A stretch of DNA of 32,000 nucleotides from Methylophaga frappieri (GCF_000260965.1 NC_017856.1:840001-872000); one strand, 5' to 3'. Shown: positions 1 to 10,738, numbered from the stretch's first letter. Numbers and translations are program-made. Notes: generated from the sequence alone by a model not told the origin.

Positions 1-145
1 CTGTTTTATGCCTGTCTTCCGTGAAATCTCTCGGATTCCAGACATCAACTTTTAACTGCCCTTTGTTTACTGCACGGCCAGTCACTCCATAATTGGTGAC
101 CGCCAAAAACATTTCTGGAAACAATGAAATCACCCCAAGGTGCAT
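1..145 (-). CDS. trmD: tRNA (guanine37-N1)-methyltransferase TrmD, N-terminal 48 codons only (runs off the window start)
   Basis: Minus-strand ATG at 145 is preceded by GAGG. The translation [48 protein letters not shown] matches the conserved TrmD N-terminus. It follows rpsP-rimM in the canonical operon order. It is absent from the ORF track because it is truncated. Confidence 0.85.
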   Translation of the reverse strand, partial: MHLGVISLFPEMFLAVTNYGVTGRAVNKGQLKVDVWNPRDFTEDRHKT

Positions 146-154
146 TTCACTACC

Positions 155-676
155 TCACAAATAGTCTGTCTGCCAGTCGACTTGGATCAGCTTTTTGTCC
201 ATGTCTACTGAAAGCACAACCTCATCCAGAACAAAAGGAATCAACAACGATTCATCTGCCGAATCAGACTGGATAACCAGAACATCATGTGCACCGGTTT
301 CCAGTAAATGATCTACTTTCCCCAGCACACTTTGTTGCGCATCGACGACGGTCATACCGATCAAATCAGCCCAGTAAAACTCATCTTTGTCGGCCTTTGC
401 CAGTTGCTCCCGCCGAATAGCCAGCTCAGCACCAACTAACGCCAGCGCCTGATCCCGGTCAGTGACGTTGCGAATACTTAGCACAACGGCTTTACCTTGT
501 AATTGCCCGCCCGAAATCGCTACTTCCAACCATTGCCCCTGACGCTTCATGAGCAATGGCGAATAATTCAAAATATTGTCGCGTGGCTCTGTGTAGGAAA
601 ACACTTTCACGCCACCTCTGACGCCAAAAACGCCAGAAATCTTACCGACCGGAATCAAATCGCCGGCTTGTGCCAT
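155..676 (-). CDS. rimM: 16S rRNA processing protein RimM
   Basis: 173-aa ORF with the RimM-like N-terminus (VGKISGVFGVRGGVKVFSYTE). It lies between rpsP and trmD. Confidence 0.9.
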   Translation of the reverse strand: MAQAGDLIPVGKISGVFGVRGGVKVFSYTEPRDNILNYSPLLMKRQGQWLEVAISGGQLQGKAVVLSIRNVTDRDQALALVGAELAIRREQLAKADKDEFYWADLIGMTVVDAQQSVLGKVDHLLETGAHDVLVIQSDSADESLLIPFVLDEVVLSVDMDKKLIQVDWQTDYL

Positions 677-700
677 CGCGAGTATCTCCGGTCGTTTAAA

Positions 701-952
701 TTAAGCTGCTTGCTTTTTAGCTTGCTTGATCAGTTGCGCAACACGCTCAGAAGTTTGTGCGCCTTGGCTGACCCAATGCTCAACGCGTTCGAGATCCAAA
801 CGCAGCGTTTCTTCCTGGCCTTTAGCAATCGGATTGAAGAAGCCGATACGCTCAATGTAGCGACCATCACGCTTACTACGTGAATCTGTGACTACGATGC
901 CGTAAAAAGGACGCTTTTTCGCGCCACTGCGCGTCATTCGAATTGTTACCAT
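701..952 (-). CDS. rpsP: 30S ribosomal protein S16
   Basis: 83-aa ORF starting [17 protein letters not shown], typical of S16. It sits in the rpsP-rimM-trmD arrangement. Confidence 0.97.
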   Translation of the reverse strand: MVTIRMTRSGAKKRPFYGIVVTDSRSKRDGRYIERIGFFNPIAKGQEETLRLDLERVEHWVSQGAQTSERVAQLIKQAKKQAA

Positions 953-1038
953 AAACCTGCCCGTTCAAAAATCGGATGGAAAATATTGTTATTTTACGCA
1001 CTTATATCAAATTTGCATAGCTACTTATTGCTTTAATT

Positions 1039-2409
1039 TCAAAATGGCAAGCCACCGCCACCCATGGGTAATTTACCGCCCATGCTACGCATTAATTTGG
1101 CCATGCCGCCTTTTTGCCCCATTTTTTTCATCATTTTTTGCATTTGTGTAAATTGTTTAAGCAACCGATTCACATCTTGTATTTGCGTACCAGAGCCCGC
1201 TGCAATACGTTTTTTTCGAGATCCCTTGATGATATCCGGGCGTCGACGTTCTTTCACGGTCATAGAGTCAATCATTGCCTCCATTTTACGTAACTGGCCA
1301 TCATTGGCTTGTTGCTTTACCGCGTCCGGTATTTGCCCCATTCCGGGCAACTTATCCATCAACGCGCCTATGCCTCCCATTTTGCCCATCTGTCTCAGTT
1401 GTTCTCGAAAATCTTCAAGGTCAAAGTTCTTACCACTTTTCAACTTGCCGGCCAGTTTTTCGGCAGACTCGGTGTCGATATTTCGTTGCGCTTCTTCGAC
1501 AAGTGATAACACATCGCCCATACCGAGAATTCTTGAAACCAGACGGTCTGGATGAAATGGCTCCAAAGCTGTGGTTTTCTCACCGACACCGAGAAACTTA
1601 ATGGGTTTGCCGGTAATATGCCGGATTGACAGTGCGGCGCCCCCCCGAGCATCACCATCCGTTTTGGTTAGAATGACCCCGGTTAATGGTAAGGCTTCGT
1701 TAAAAGCTTGTGCGGTATTTGCCGCATCCTGGCCGGTCATGCTATCAACTGTAAATAAGGTTTCTGACGGCGAGATAGCCGCATGAATAGCCTGGATTTC
1801 GCTCATCATGTCGGCATCAATATGTAGGCGACCTGCGGTATCCACAATAAGCACATCGACATATTCTTTTTTAGCCTGTGCCAAGGCATTGCGTGCAATC
1901 TCTACTGGCTGCTGGCTCGACTCACTGGCGAAAAACTTAGCATCTACTTCTGCCGCCAGCGTTTTCAATTGCTGAATCGCTGCAGGCCGATAAACGTCCG
2001 CACTCACCACCATGACTGACTTTTTATGTCTTTCTTTCAGAAACCGAGCCAACTTAGCAACACTGGTTGTTTTACCAGCACCTTGCAAGCCGGCCATAAG
2101 GACAACGACGGGCGGTTGATGATTTAAATCAAGCGCATCGTTAGCCTCACCCATTAGGCGGGTGAGTTCATCATTCACAATTTTGACGAAAACTTGCCCC
2201 GGCGTCAGACTGCGTAGCACATCCTGCCCCATGGCCCGCTCTTTAACACTGTTGATAAACTCACGAACCACTGGCAGCGCGACATCGGCTTCAAGAAGCG
2301 CCATACGTACTTCCCGAAGCGTTTCTTTAATGTTGTCTTCGGTAATGCGCCCTTGCCCGCGAATTTTCTTCAGTGAAGCACCAAGCCGGTCACTCAAGCT
2401 GTCAAACAT
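1039..2409 (-). CDS. ffh: Signal recognition particle protein Ffh
   Basis: 456 aa with an SRP54 N/G domain (GLQGAGKTT, DTAGR, TKTDGD) and a Met-rich M domain at the C-terminus. Confidence 0.97.
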   Translation of the reverse strand: MFDSLSDRLGASLKKIRGQGRITEDNIKETLREVRMALLEADVALPVVREFINSVKERAMGQDVLRSLTPGQVFVKIVNDELTRLMGEANDALDLNHQPPVVVLMAGLQGAGKTTSVAKLARFLKERHKKSVMVVSADVYRPAAIQQLKTLAAEVDAKFFASESSQQPVEIARNALAQAKKEYVDVLIVDTAGRLHIDADMMSEIQAIHAAISPSETLFTVDSMTGQDAANTAQAFNEALPLTGVILTKTDGDARGGAALSIRHITGKPIKFLGVGEKTTALEPFHPDRLVSRILGMGDVLSLVEEAQRNIDTESAEKLAGKLKSGKNFDLEDFREQLRQMGKMGGIGALMDKLPGMGQIPDAVKQQANDGQLRKMEAMIDSMTVKERRRPDIIKGSRKKRIAAGSGTQIQDVNRLLKQFTQMQKMMKKMGQKGGMAKLMRSMGGKLPMGGGGLPF

Positions 2410-2536
2410 AATCTTTCCTGTGTGATGTCATTTGGGTTGATATTGTCGCCGATTATACCTGATGTGGTATCCCCTTCCTTGAAAGTTCGTTTATGATAAT
2501 TGTTATTAATTACCGCCAAAGCTGAAGGATTCACTG

Positions 2537-3340
2537 ATGGCCATTGCCAATGCACTAGCCTTTTTACTTTATCTTTGTTGCAGCGTGGTTCTGATCCGTC
2601 AGTTTGTCAAACGTGACTTGAATCAACCAGCCGCTATCTTACCGATTGGCTTGATGACCACTCTGGCACTGATTTTTCATGCGTTCCATTTGTTTTTTGT
2701 CATGGATGCTGCCGGTGGCTGGGAGTTAAGTTTGATGACGATGCTGTCGATCATTGCCTGGCTCATGGCATTTATGGCGATGATAGGTGGTTTTAAATGG
2801 CAAATAGCACACCCAGGTATTGTTGTTTATCCGTTAGTTGCCTTTATCCTGATGATGGTTTTTGAAGTGCCGGCAAGCAGTACCAAGCGTCTTACCGATC
2901 CAGCACTGGAGTGGCATATTTTGCTGTCATTGACGGCGTACAGTTTGTTAACACTGGCCGCGCTGCAATCAGTCATCTTGGCTTTGCAAGAAAAACAATT
3001 ACATCAGCATCACACGGGGGGCTGGTTACGCCGTCTTCCACCTCTGCAATATATGGAAAAAACCCTATTCCAACTGCTTATAGCTGGCTTCGTTTTCTTA
3101 TCCGCCGGGCTATTAACCGGTTTTATTTTTGTTGACAACTTCTGGGCACAGAACCTAGCCCATAAAACCGTGTTTTCAATTTTGGCCTGGGTGATTTTTG
3201 CCGTATTGCTATGGGGGCATTACCGGCACGGTTGGCGTGCGCAAACCGCTGTGCGTTGGACACTGGCTGGTTTTTTATTACTTTTACTTGCTTACGTTGG
3301 CAGTAAAATTGTTCTCGAATTTATTCTTAAAGTCGGCTAA
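2537..3340 (+). CDS. ypjD: CcsA/YpjD-family polytopic inner membrane protein
   Basis: 267-aa multi-TM ORF divergent from ffh and directly upstream of a yfjD-like gene, as in E. coli. Confidence 0.75.
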   Translation: MAIANALAFLLYLCCSVVLIRQFVKRDLNQPAAILPIGLMTTLALIFHAFHLFFVMDAAGGWELSLMTMLSIIAWLMAFMAMIGGFKWQIAHPGIVVYPLVAFILMMVFEVPASSTKRLTDPALEWHILLSLTAYSLLTLAALQSVILALQEKQLHQHHTGGWLRRLPPLQYMEKTLFQLLIAGFVFLSAGLLTGFIFVDNFWAQNLAHKTVFSILAWVIFAVLLWGHYRHGWRAQTAVRWTLAGFLLLLLAYVGSKIVLEFILKVG

Positions 3341-3342
3341 TT

Positions 3343-4638
3343 ATGCTTGATGCAACTCCTTTATGGCTGCTGTTTGTGATTTTAAGTGGACTCCTAGTCA
3401 TGTCTGCTTTTTTTTCAAGTTCCGAAACAGCATTAATGTCGTTAAATCGCTATCGTATGCAACATCTGGCTCAGCAAGGCCATCGCGGTGCTGTCATCGC
3501 CGAATCATTATTGGCAAGACCAGATCGTCTGATTGGTTTGATCCTGTTAGGAAATAATTTCGTCAATATTTCTGCCTCCTCTATCGCCACGATTATTGGT
3601 TTAAAACTGCTTGGCGAAAATGGCATTTTGATGGCAACTCTGGTCCTGACTCTCATTGTGTTGCTGTTTGCTGAAGTCATGCCAAAAACGCTGGCAGCAT
3701 TACATCCGGAACGGGTAGCTTACCCAGCGAGCTTTCTGCTCAAACCATTACTCTGGTTACTTTATCCACTGGTATGGATTATCAGTATTATCACCCGCTG
3801 GATGCTCTCGTTATTTGGCATTAGCCCGGAAGACGCCAAATCCACCGCTATCAATGTCGAGGAGCTTAAAGTCGCGTTGATGGAAGCAGGTAGCATGATT
3901 CCGCACAGCCACAAAGACATGCTGATGAGTATTCTTGAACTGGAACAAGTGACGGTCAACGATGTCATGGTCCCCCGCAACGAAATTGAGGGGATCGACA
4001 TCAACATGCCATTTGACGAAATTATCAAGCAGTTATCGCATTGTGGCTTCACCCGACTACCGGTCTATGAAGACAGTATGGATAACATTGTCGGCATTTT
4101 GCATGTCCGAAAAGCATTGAATTTATTGACTCAGGATGGTCTGAACCCACAGGCGTTTCGCAATATTGTCAAACCCGTTTATTTTGTGCCTGAAGACACC
4201 TCGCTGAATACTCAGTTGATCCAGTTTCAGCGTAATCGGCGCCGGACAGGCCTAGTCGTTGACGAGTATGGTGACTTGCTGGGACTGATTACCCTAGAAG
4301 ACATTTTTCGTGAAATTGTCGGCGAGTTCACTGCCAACACTATTGATGACGATAAGGACATTCATCCTCAACCTGATGGCAGTTATCTTATCAATGGCAC
4401 GACAACTATCCGTGAAATCAATCGGCATACTGGTTGGCAGCTACCGATAGATGGGCCAAGAACGATCAATGGCTTGGCACTGGAAATGTTAGAAAGCATT
4501 CCTGATCCAGGTGTCAGTCTGCGATTGGAAAATTATGTGCTGGAAATTATCCAAACCGCAGATAACCTGATTAAAACCGTGCGGGTTCGGCAAATTGAAA
4601 TTGAAAGCGCGGCCAGTGAACCTCAAGTGTCAGCTTGA
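3343..4638 (+). CDS. yfjD: CNNM/CorB-type membrane protein (DUF21 TM domain, CBS pair, CorC_HlyC C-terminus)
   Basis: 431 aa. The N-terminal TM block carries the SSSETALMSLNRYR motif, followed by a CBS-like region and a C-terminal transporter-associated domain. It lies 3 nt after the ypjD stop. Confidence 0.85.
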   Translation: MLDATPLWLLFVILSGLLVMSAFFSSSETALMSLNRYRMQHLAQQGHRGAVIAESLLARPDRLIGLILLGNNFVNISASSIATIIGLKLLGENGILMATLVLTLIVLLFAEVMPKTLAALHPERVAYPASFLLKPLLWLLYPLVWIISIITRWMLSLFGISPEDAKSTAINVEELKVALMEAGSMIPHSHKDMLMSILELEQVTVNDVMVPRNEIEGIDINMPFDEIIKQLSHCGFTRLPVYEDSMDNIVGILHVRKALNLLTQDGLNPQAFRNIVKPVYFVPEDTSLNTQLIQFQRNRRRTGLVVDEYGDLLGLITLEDIFREIVGEFTANTIDDDKDIHPQPDGSYLINGTTTIREINRHTGWQLPIDGPRTINGLALEMLESIPDPGVSLRLENYVLEIIQTADNLIKTVRVRQIEIESAASEPQVSA

Positions 4639-4640
4639 CT

Positions 4641-6521
4641 ATGGTACGGATTCAGTTTTGCAACTTGCGGCAACCGGATGCGAAAGTCCTTCATCAACGT
4701 CTCCTTGCCGCAGCAGCAACGCTGAATACAGCCATTCAGCTATTAGATGAACCGACGGCGGATATCGTTATTATTGATTTAAACCGGGCGCAACAAAGCC
4801 GGCCAACATCAAGACCAGCAAATCAAATTACCATAGGTATCGCCCAGCATAAGTCTGTCAATGATGCCAATATTGAGATTGTATTCAAATCAATACCGAA
4901 CCAGCAGGAACTGGTCAACCTGCTGACCCAAGCAATGCAGCAGCCCCGGCCAAAAAAGATGTTTCGTCATTATGTCAAACGCCTGCGACCGGGAAATTGG
5001 ATATTTCGCTCCGGTCCCGATAGCCGACTGCCACCTCTCATCATTGACTGCCCGCCCATCGCCATAGCACATACGGGAGATACGTTGACTTCTGCCGGCC
5101 TCATTGTGCAATGGCTTGAGCAACTGCCCAGCGATCCTAATCTGAAAATAACGACTTTACTTAATCATCTTCAACAGCTGGCTGGCGCCGCCATCAGCCA
5201 GCATCAACGGTTATTGATTCTAGAAAAATATTTGCCCGTTCTGGCCGATTTATTGTTAAACAGAAACCCTGCCGTACTGAAAACAGAAGCCAAACAAAAC
5301 GAACAATTTCAAAAATTTCAAAACCAATTAATCCAAACACTGGAGGTCACCAGCCATCACTATATGCGCATCGCACAACGGGCCTATCAGGCCGGCAGAC
5401 GGCCAGACAAAGACCCGATTTACCACTATTGTCTTAATCGCTGGGGCCAACTCCTAGGTTGGCAAATCCTGAAAGCTTACCAACAATTCCGACAGCCCCC
5501 TAAGTTGCTCATTAAGCAATTACATCAGCTCTACTTATATCAGGAAGCGGCGGACACATTGCATCAACCCGCTGTGGTGAAATCACTGCAAAATCTGACG
5601 GATTATCATCGGCTATATTGTCAGATCCTGCTGACTGGCCTGGCTGACCCATATCGGCTACCAGCACATGCTATTTCCCGAATTTATCAATACTTGGAGA
5701 GTCTGACGCCCAATATCAGCACAGGCAAGCTTCCCGCCTCAGCCAAAAGCCAGACCAGTTCATCGCTGTTGCAAGGCAAATTTATCATTGATTGCGAAAA
5801 TGATGCCCTGCCTGTTGCTGCGGCACTTCTACCAACTGCACAGCGTCAGGCAGCGCATCTCAGGCTCTTTGATACCCAGCCTTTCATTCAGCAGTTAAAA
5901 CAAACGTTACAAACGCAGCAGGCTGCATTGGGGCAATTACCCCTTCAACAGTACCAAGATCTTTTAGACAGACTGCAACAAACCCACCTGAGACAAACAC
6001 AACGAAACCCACTGGACTCTGCGCAACCGGTCATGGTGTTATTCGGTCTGCAGCAGATCATTCATCATCAAAATCATAATGGAAGCAACACGCCAGAAAA
6101 CCAGTGGCACTGGTTAAACCAAAGCCCTGAAGGGAGTTTGCTCAGTTATGCGGGGAAAAAACTGACTGCCAACAATCAAGACCTGATAGCAATAATTGAC
6201 CTCAACGATACGCTGCGTCTCGGTTTTATTTGCTGGCTTTGTCACTACTCATCAGATACCAGAATAGGCGTCAAACTATTACCTGGTGATTTTGAGTTCG
6301 GTCACTGCACAGCCATAACCGAGCATTCACAAAAATCACCGGCCATTTTGGCAACCAATGACCAAAAAACCTGTCTGCTAACTCCGAAAGGCTGGTTTAC
6401 AACTGATCGCAAGTTAATATTCCACAGCCCTCAACGAGACAGTCACGTTCACGCAAACGCGTTGCGTCAAAGCACTTTGGATTACGATTATTTCACCTGC
6501 AAGGTATCGAAAATTTCGTAA
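4641..6521 (+). CDS. Hypothetical Gln/Leu-rich protein with a possible C-terminal PilZ-like domain
   Basis: Long uninterrupted ORF. The track starts at TTG 4635; ATG at 4641 is more likely. The C-terminal region has RQTQR followed 38 aa later by NQSPEG, which fits the PilZ RxxxR ... (D/N)xSxxG signature. No other family was recognised. Confidence 0.6.
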   Translation: MVRIQFCNLRQPDAKVLHQRLLAAAATLNTAIQLLDEPTADIVIIDLNRAQQSRPTSRPANQITIGIAQHKSVNDANIEIVFKSIPNQQELVNLLTQAMQQPRPKKMFRHYVKRLRPGNWIFRSGPDSRLPPLIIDCPPIAIAHTGDTLTSAGLIVQWLEQLPSDPNLKITTLLNHLQQLAGAAISQHQRLLILEKYLPVLADLLLNRNPAVLKTEAKQNEQFQKFQNQLIQTLEVTSHHYMRIAQRAYQAGRRPDKDPIYHYCLNRWGQLLGWQILKAYQQFRQPPKLLIKQLHQLYLYQEAADTLHQPAVVKSLQNLTDYHRLYCQILLTGLADPYRLPAHAISRIYQYLESLTPNISTGKLPASAKSQTSSSLLQGKFIIDCENDALPVAAALLPTAQRQAAHLRLFDTQPFIQQLKQTLQTQQAALGQLPLQQYQDLLDRLQQTHLRQTQRNPLDSAQPVMVLFGLQQIIHHQNHNGSNTPENQWHWLNQSPEGSLLSYAGKKLTANNQDLIAIIDLNDTLRLGFICWLCHYSSDTRIGVKLLPGDFEFGHCTAITEHSQKSPAILATNDQKTCLLTPKGWFTTDRKLIFHSPQRDSHVHANALRQSTLDYDYFTCKVSKIS

Positions 6522-6582
6522 TTGACCTGCTATCGCTTATTATGTTCACAGACTTCAGACATTTACTGCACAGGATTTCAGC

Positions 6583-9069
6583 ATGCGCACATTGATAAAA
6601 GTTATTGTCGGCCTAGTCATTCTCCTTATCGTCGCCATCGCAGCCATTCCGTTTTTTGTTGACCCGAATGACTATAAGGATGAAATTGCCTCTCAAGTCG
6701 AAAAAGCGACTGGACGGCAATTAGTGATTCAAGGCGACATTGAACTCTCTGTGTTTCCATGGCTTGCTTTGCAACTTGGTCAAATGTCACTCAGTAATGC
6801 TGAGGGGTTCGAAGCGGACAATTTTGCTCAGGTTAATGCCGCTGATATCCGAATTAAACTGTTGCCATTACTCAAGAAAGAAATCGAGATGGACACCATT
6901 GTGCTCGATGGACTGGTGCTGAATCTGGAAACAGACAAAAATGGCAAAACAAATTGGCAAGATCTCAGTCAATCAGGCGAAGTCACCGCTGAAACTAACG
7001 CAGCAGATGAGATTCCTGATGATGCGCCACCCGCCTTGGCTGCTATCAGTATTGCCGGTGTCCAACTGACTGACGCTAACATTATGTGGTCGGATGCCAG
7101 TAAAGGGGAAAATTACCAGCTACGTAACCTGAACCTTGAAACGGATCCGCTTGTCCCCGGCCAACCCACCGCATTAAGCATGAAGTTTGACATTATCAGT
7201 GCTAAACCTGCCGCCAAGGCCTATGTCACTCTCGATTCAGACATCATTGTCGACATGGAAAATGAGCACTATCAGCTGACAGATCTCAATGTCACGACTC
7301 TCGCCGAAGGAAGCGAACTGCCATTTGATCAACTGAATTTAGCTTTGAATGCAGATATCAGCGCAGAAATGGCGCGACAAGTCATCACCATTGGTGACAT
7401 GAATCTTGAAACCATGGTCAGTAAAGATGACCAGCAATTTACTGGCGCTTTAACCGGTCAAGTCAATGCCGACTTGAATGCCCAGAATTACACGGTGACC
7501 GACTTGTTACTTGATGGCACCATCACCGCTCCGGATTTACCCGGCGGCAAAGCTCCCGTCAAATTGAGTGCCGACGTTACTTCAAATCTGGCTTCGCAAA
7601 CTGCCAGCCTGACTGATTTAGCCGTTCAGGTTCAGGAGTTAGTGTTAAATGGGCAAATCAAGGCCGAGAAAATTTTATCTGACACGCCAGCTTTCAACGG
7701 AAATATGCAGGTTAATAATTTCAATTTGCGTCAGCTCGCTGAAGATCTTAAAGTCGATTTACCCGAGATGGCCGACGAAAGCACCCTGGAAAATGTGGCC
7801 TTAAAGACACAGTTGTCTGGCTCAAGCAACCACATTGCCTTGCAGGAAATGACCGTTGTGCTCGATCAAAGTACGCTCACTGGTGATTTTCGGTTAACCA
7901 ATTTTGCCGCGCCAGCCTATCAGTTTAATTTGGTACTGGATAAAATCGACGCTGATCGTTACCTGCCACCACCGTCTGAAACCGAAGCAGAGCCTGCTCC
8001 ACCAGCAAGCGCTGCCGCAGGGGCTGCGACAGAACTGCCTTTGGACACCTTACGTCAGATAAACGCCAAAGGCAGTCTGAAAGTCGGTGAGCTTAAAATT
8101 ACAGGGCTGACCAGCAAGAATATTCTGGTTACGATCAACGCCGAAAATGGTCTGATCAAGCTTACGCCATTACAAGCCGATTTATATGAAGGCCAATATC
8201 AGGGCAATGTCACTATCGATGCCCGCAATACACGTCTTAAATTTGCTGTCGATGAGCGTCTGACAGGGATTCAAGCCGGGCCACTTCTCAAGGATATCAG
8301 CGGCGATGACAAAATCTCTGGTAAAGCCGATGCTGCAGTGAAATTAACTGGTACCGGTGCCAATATTGACGAAATTAAAAAAAGCCTGACTGGTAACGGT
8401 AATTTCGCTTTTTCCGATGGCGCTCTGAAAGGTATCAATATTGCTGGCGCGATTCGTCAAGCCAAAGCGGTTTTACAAGGACAAAAGCTTGCTGATGATA
8501 ATACGCCGCAAACAACGGACTTCAGCAAATTATCCGGTTCTTTTACCGCTAATGAAGGCATTATTCAAAATGATGATTTGGAATTAATGTCCCCCTTATT
8601 GCGTGTTCAAGGTAAGGGAAAAGCCAATCTGAGTAGTGAAGCTATTGATTATGGATTAAGAGTGTCTATTGTTGGCACCGCTGAAGGCCAAGGCGGAAAA
8701 GCCTTGGCTGATCTTAAAGGTGTCACTATTCCGGTTAAAATTACTGGTACCTTTGCCTCACCAAAACCAAGTGTTGATTTGGCTGCGGTAGTCAAAGATC
8801 AAGCTGAAGAAAAAATTAAAGCGAAGGCCGAAGAAAAATTAAAAGAGAAACTCGGCGATGAAGTTGGCGGCTTACTCGGTGGCGCCTTACTGGGCAACAA
8901 AAAAGCAGCGCCTGAAGCAGACTCCGAACCTGAAAACCAAGCGAATTCCGCACCTGAAACGGCGACATCTGAAGCAGCCCCATCTGATACGCCTGACCAA
9001 GGATCCGCGCCTTCTGCTGAAGAACAACTTAAAGAAGAAGTGAAAGATAAACTAAAAAAATTATTCTAA
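6583..9069 (+). CDS. AsmA-family outer-membrane biogenesis protein
   Basis: 828 aa. It has an N-terminal signal anchor (LIKVIVGLVILLIVAIAAIPFFVDPNDYK), a long beta-rich periplasmic body, an AsmA-like C-terminal region (LKGINIAGAIRQAK) and a charged low-complexity tail. Confidence 0.85.
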   Translation: MRTLIKVIVGLVILLIVAIAAIPFFVDPNDYKDEIASQVEKATGRQLVIQGDIELSVFPWLALQLGQMSLSNAEGFEADNFAQVNAADIRIKLLPLLKKEIEMDTIVLDGLVLNLETDKNGKTNWQDLSQSGEVTAETNAADEIPDDAPPALAAISIAGVQLTDANIMWSDASKGENYQLRNLNLETDPLVPGQPTALSMKFDIISAKPAAKAYVTLDSDIIVDMENEHYQLTDLNVTTLAEGSELPFDQLNLALNADISAEMARQVITIGDMNLETMVSKDDQQFTGALTGQVNADLNAQNYTVTDLLLDGTITAPDLPGGKAPVKLSADVTSNLASQTASLTDLAVQVQELVLNGQIKAEKILSDTPAFNGNMQVNNFNLRQLAEDLKVDLPEMADESTLENVALKTQLSGSSNHIALQEMTVVLDQSTLTGDFRLTNFAAPAYQFNLVLDKIDADRYLPPPSETEAEPAPPASAAAGAATELPLDTLRQINAKGSLKVGELKITGLTSKNILVTINAENGLIKLTPLQADLYEGQYQGNVTIDARNTRLKFAVDERLTGIQAGPLLKDISGDDKISGKADAAVKLTGTGANIDEIKKSLTGNGNFAFSDGALKGINIAGAIRQAKAVLQGQKLADDNTPQTTDFSKLSGSFTANEGIIQNDDLELMSPLLRVQGKGKANLSSEAIDYGLRVSIVGTAEGQGGKALADLKGVTIPVKITGTFASPKPSVDLAAVVKDQAEEKIKAKAEEKLKEKLGDEVGGLLGGALLGNKKAAPEADSEPENQANSAPETATSEAAPSDTPDQGSAPSAEEQLKEEVKDKLKKLF

Positions 9070-9116
9070 ATAACCTGCCTCGGCCCAACAAGGTTGAGGC
9101 AAGCACGTCGTTTTTC

Positions 9117-10160
9117 ATGTCAGAAAAGTTATTCAGCCAGCAATTGCTGGCTTGGTTTGATCAGCACGGTCGAAAAAACCTGCCATGGCAGCAACCGGCG
9201 ACGCCTTATCGCGTCTGGTTGTCAGAAGTCATGCTGCAACAAACGCAAGTCAGCACCGTTATTCCATATTTTCAACGTTTTGTTGTTCGTTTTCCAGATA
9301 TTCGCAGTCTGGCCGAGGCATCAACAGACGAGGTATTACAATATTGGGCAGGTCTTGGGTATTACGCGCGAGGGCGCAACCTGCACAAAGCAGCCGTTAT
9401 CATGGCGCAGCAACATAATGCTGCGATACCTGAGAATTTTGACGCCTTATTGGCACTGCCGGGAATTGGACGTTCGACAGCCGGTGCCATTATGGCATTG
9501 GCCTTTCAACATCGGTACCCGATTCTGGATGGGAATGTTAAACGGGTACTTTGCCGGTTTACTGCTGAACCTGACTGGCCAGGACAAAAAAACATCGAAA
9601 CCGCACTCTGGCAACTCGCTGAGTCACTGCTACCTGAACGTCGTATTAATGCGTATATTCAAGCACAGATGGATTTGGGTGCCACGGTCTGTACCCGCAG
9701 TAAGCCAGATTGTCATTGTTGTCCTTTACAGACAAATTGTCTTGGCCGTCAGACAGGCAAACCGGAACACTATCCGGTTCGCAAAAAAAAACCAGCATTG
9801 CCGGAACGACACTGCCGTTGGCTGATTTACCGTCAATCCGAAAAAATATTACTCGAAAAGCGCCCGGAAAAGGGCATTTGGGGAGGAATGTGGAGCTTCC
9901 CGGAAATTAATATCGATATGCCAATGGACGCAATTTTGGCCAGACATGCTGTCGATGACATGATTGATTTAACACCGATTCGTCATACCTTTACTCATTT
10001 TCGTCTGCAAATCATCCCGCTGTTAATAGATATTAATCAGCATGACCAGATAGAAACCAATGACAATCAACAGTGGGTTACAATAACAGACAGTCTCAGT
10101 CTGGCACTGCCAGCCCCGGTTAACAAGCTCATCCAAAAACTCAACAGAGGTGTGACATGA
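9117..10160 (+). CDS. mutY: A/G-specific adenine DNA glycosylase MutY
   Basis: 347 aa with LPWQ...[16 protein letters not shown], an HhH-GPD region ([12 protein letters not shown]) and the 4Fe-4S loop [17 protein letters not shown]. Confidence 0.93.
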   Translation: MSEKLFSQQLLAWFDQHGRKNLPWQQPATPYRVWLSEVMLQQTQVSTVIPYFQRFVVRFPDIRSLAEASTDEVLQYWAGLGYYARGRNLHKAAVIMAQQHNAAIPENFDALLALPGIGRSTAGAIMALAFQHRYPILDGNVKRVLCRFTAEPDWPGQKNIETALWQLAESLLPERRINAYIQAQMDLGATVCTRSKPDCHCCPLQTNCLGRQTGKPEHYPVRKKKPALPERHCRWLIYRQSEKILLEKRPEKGIWGGMWSFPEINIDMPMDAILARHAVDDMIDLTPIRHTFTHFRLQIIPLLIDINQHDQIETNDNQQWVTITDSLSLALPAPVNKLIQKLNRGVT

Positions 10161-10423
10161 CCCGTACCGTTCACTGCATCAAACTCGACAAAGAAGCTGA
10201 AGGACTTGATTTCCCTCCCTATCCGGGTGAGCTCGGTAAACAGTTGTGGGAGTCAGTTTCCAAAGAGGCCTGGCAGTTGTGGTTGAGTCATCAGACCATG
10301 CTAATCAATGAGTATCGTTTATCGCTAGCAGATCCCAAGTCCCAGAGCTTTCTCAAAGCCGAAATGGAAAAGTTCTTTTATGGCGAAGGCTCAGAAAAAC
10401 CCGCGGATTATGTGCCGAAATAA
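10157..10423 (+). CDS. yggX: Fe(2+)-trafficking / oxidative-damage protection protein YggX
   Basis: 88 aa starting MTRTVHC...[14 protein letters not shown]. It overlaps the mutY stop by 4 nt (ATGA), and mutY-yggX synteny is conserved. Confidence 0.9.
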   Translation: MTRTVHCIKLDKEAEGLDFPPYPGELGKQLWESVSKEAWQLWLSHQTMLINEYRLSLADPKSQSFLKAEMEKFFYGEGSEKPADYVPK

Positions 10424-10628
10424 CGATATTTTTGAGTCTTCGCGCGCACATGGCAGATTTATGACTAAAGTGTCAAAAAAATTGTCCGCAACGGTGGTTT
10501 TGTGCCAAAAAGCAAAAACAATAAGAATAAGTTATTAAAAATCAAACAATTAACAGAAAAAAACGGGCATTTCAATTCAAATATGCGGGTTTTATTTAAA
10601 AAAATTTCGCTAAAAGTAAAAAATAATC

Positions 10629-10738
10629 GTGACTTTTGGTTATTTTTTGGGCGTACAATGAGAATGGCTCGTATTTATGAGTCAAAAAAATCGGCTTAGG
10701 CGTTAAGCCGGTAAGGTTTTAGATATTTTGAGGTTGAT
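10629..10738 (+). promoter_or_regulatory. Putative csp promoter and structured 5' UTR
   Basis: A very A/T-rich upstream tract precedes a TACAAT -10 candidate at 10654-10659. The -35 is poor. A 7-bp hairpin, CGGCTTA-GGCGT-TAAGCCG, lies at 10692-10710 in the leader, with a GAGG SD before the ATG at 10739. Long structured leaders are typical of cspA-type genes. Confidence 0.35.

Noticed and set aside
1064-2425. Several 65-163-aa plus-strand ORFs (1064-1555, 1275-1601, 1309-1506, 1571-1786, 2162-2425) and the minus-strand ORF 1440-1658.
   Set aside because: All lie inside, and mostly antisense to, the clearly genuine ffh gene. Their translations are low-complexity with no motifs. They are shadow ORFs.
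8780-9069. The low-complexity K/E/P/S/A-rich tail of the AsmA-family protein, checked as a possible DNA tandem repeat.
   Set aside because: There is no exact nucleotide-level periodic repeat. It looks like a disordered charged protein tail.
9094-9910. A 243-aa ORF at 9094-9825 and smaller ORFs in alternative frames over mutY.
   Set aside because: The MutY frame carries all diagnostic motifs. The alternative frames give Cys/Arg-rich nonsense.
10502-10699. A 65-aa Lys/Asn-rich ORF in the A-rich region upstream of csp.
   Set aside because: It is an artefact of an A/T-rich promoter and leader region, with a non-ATG start and no RBS. It is better explained as the csp upstream element and 5' UTR.
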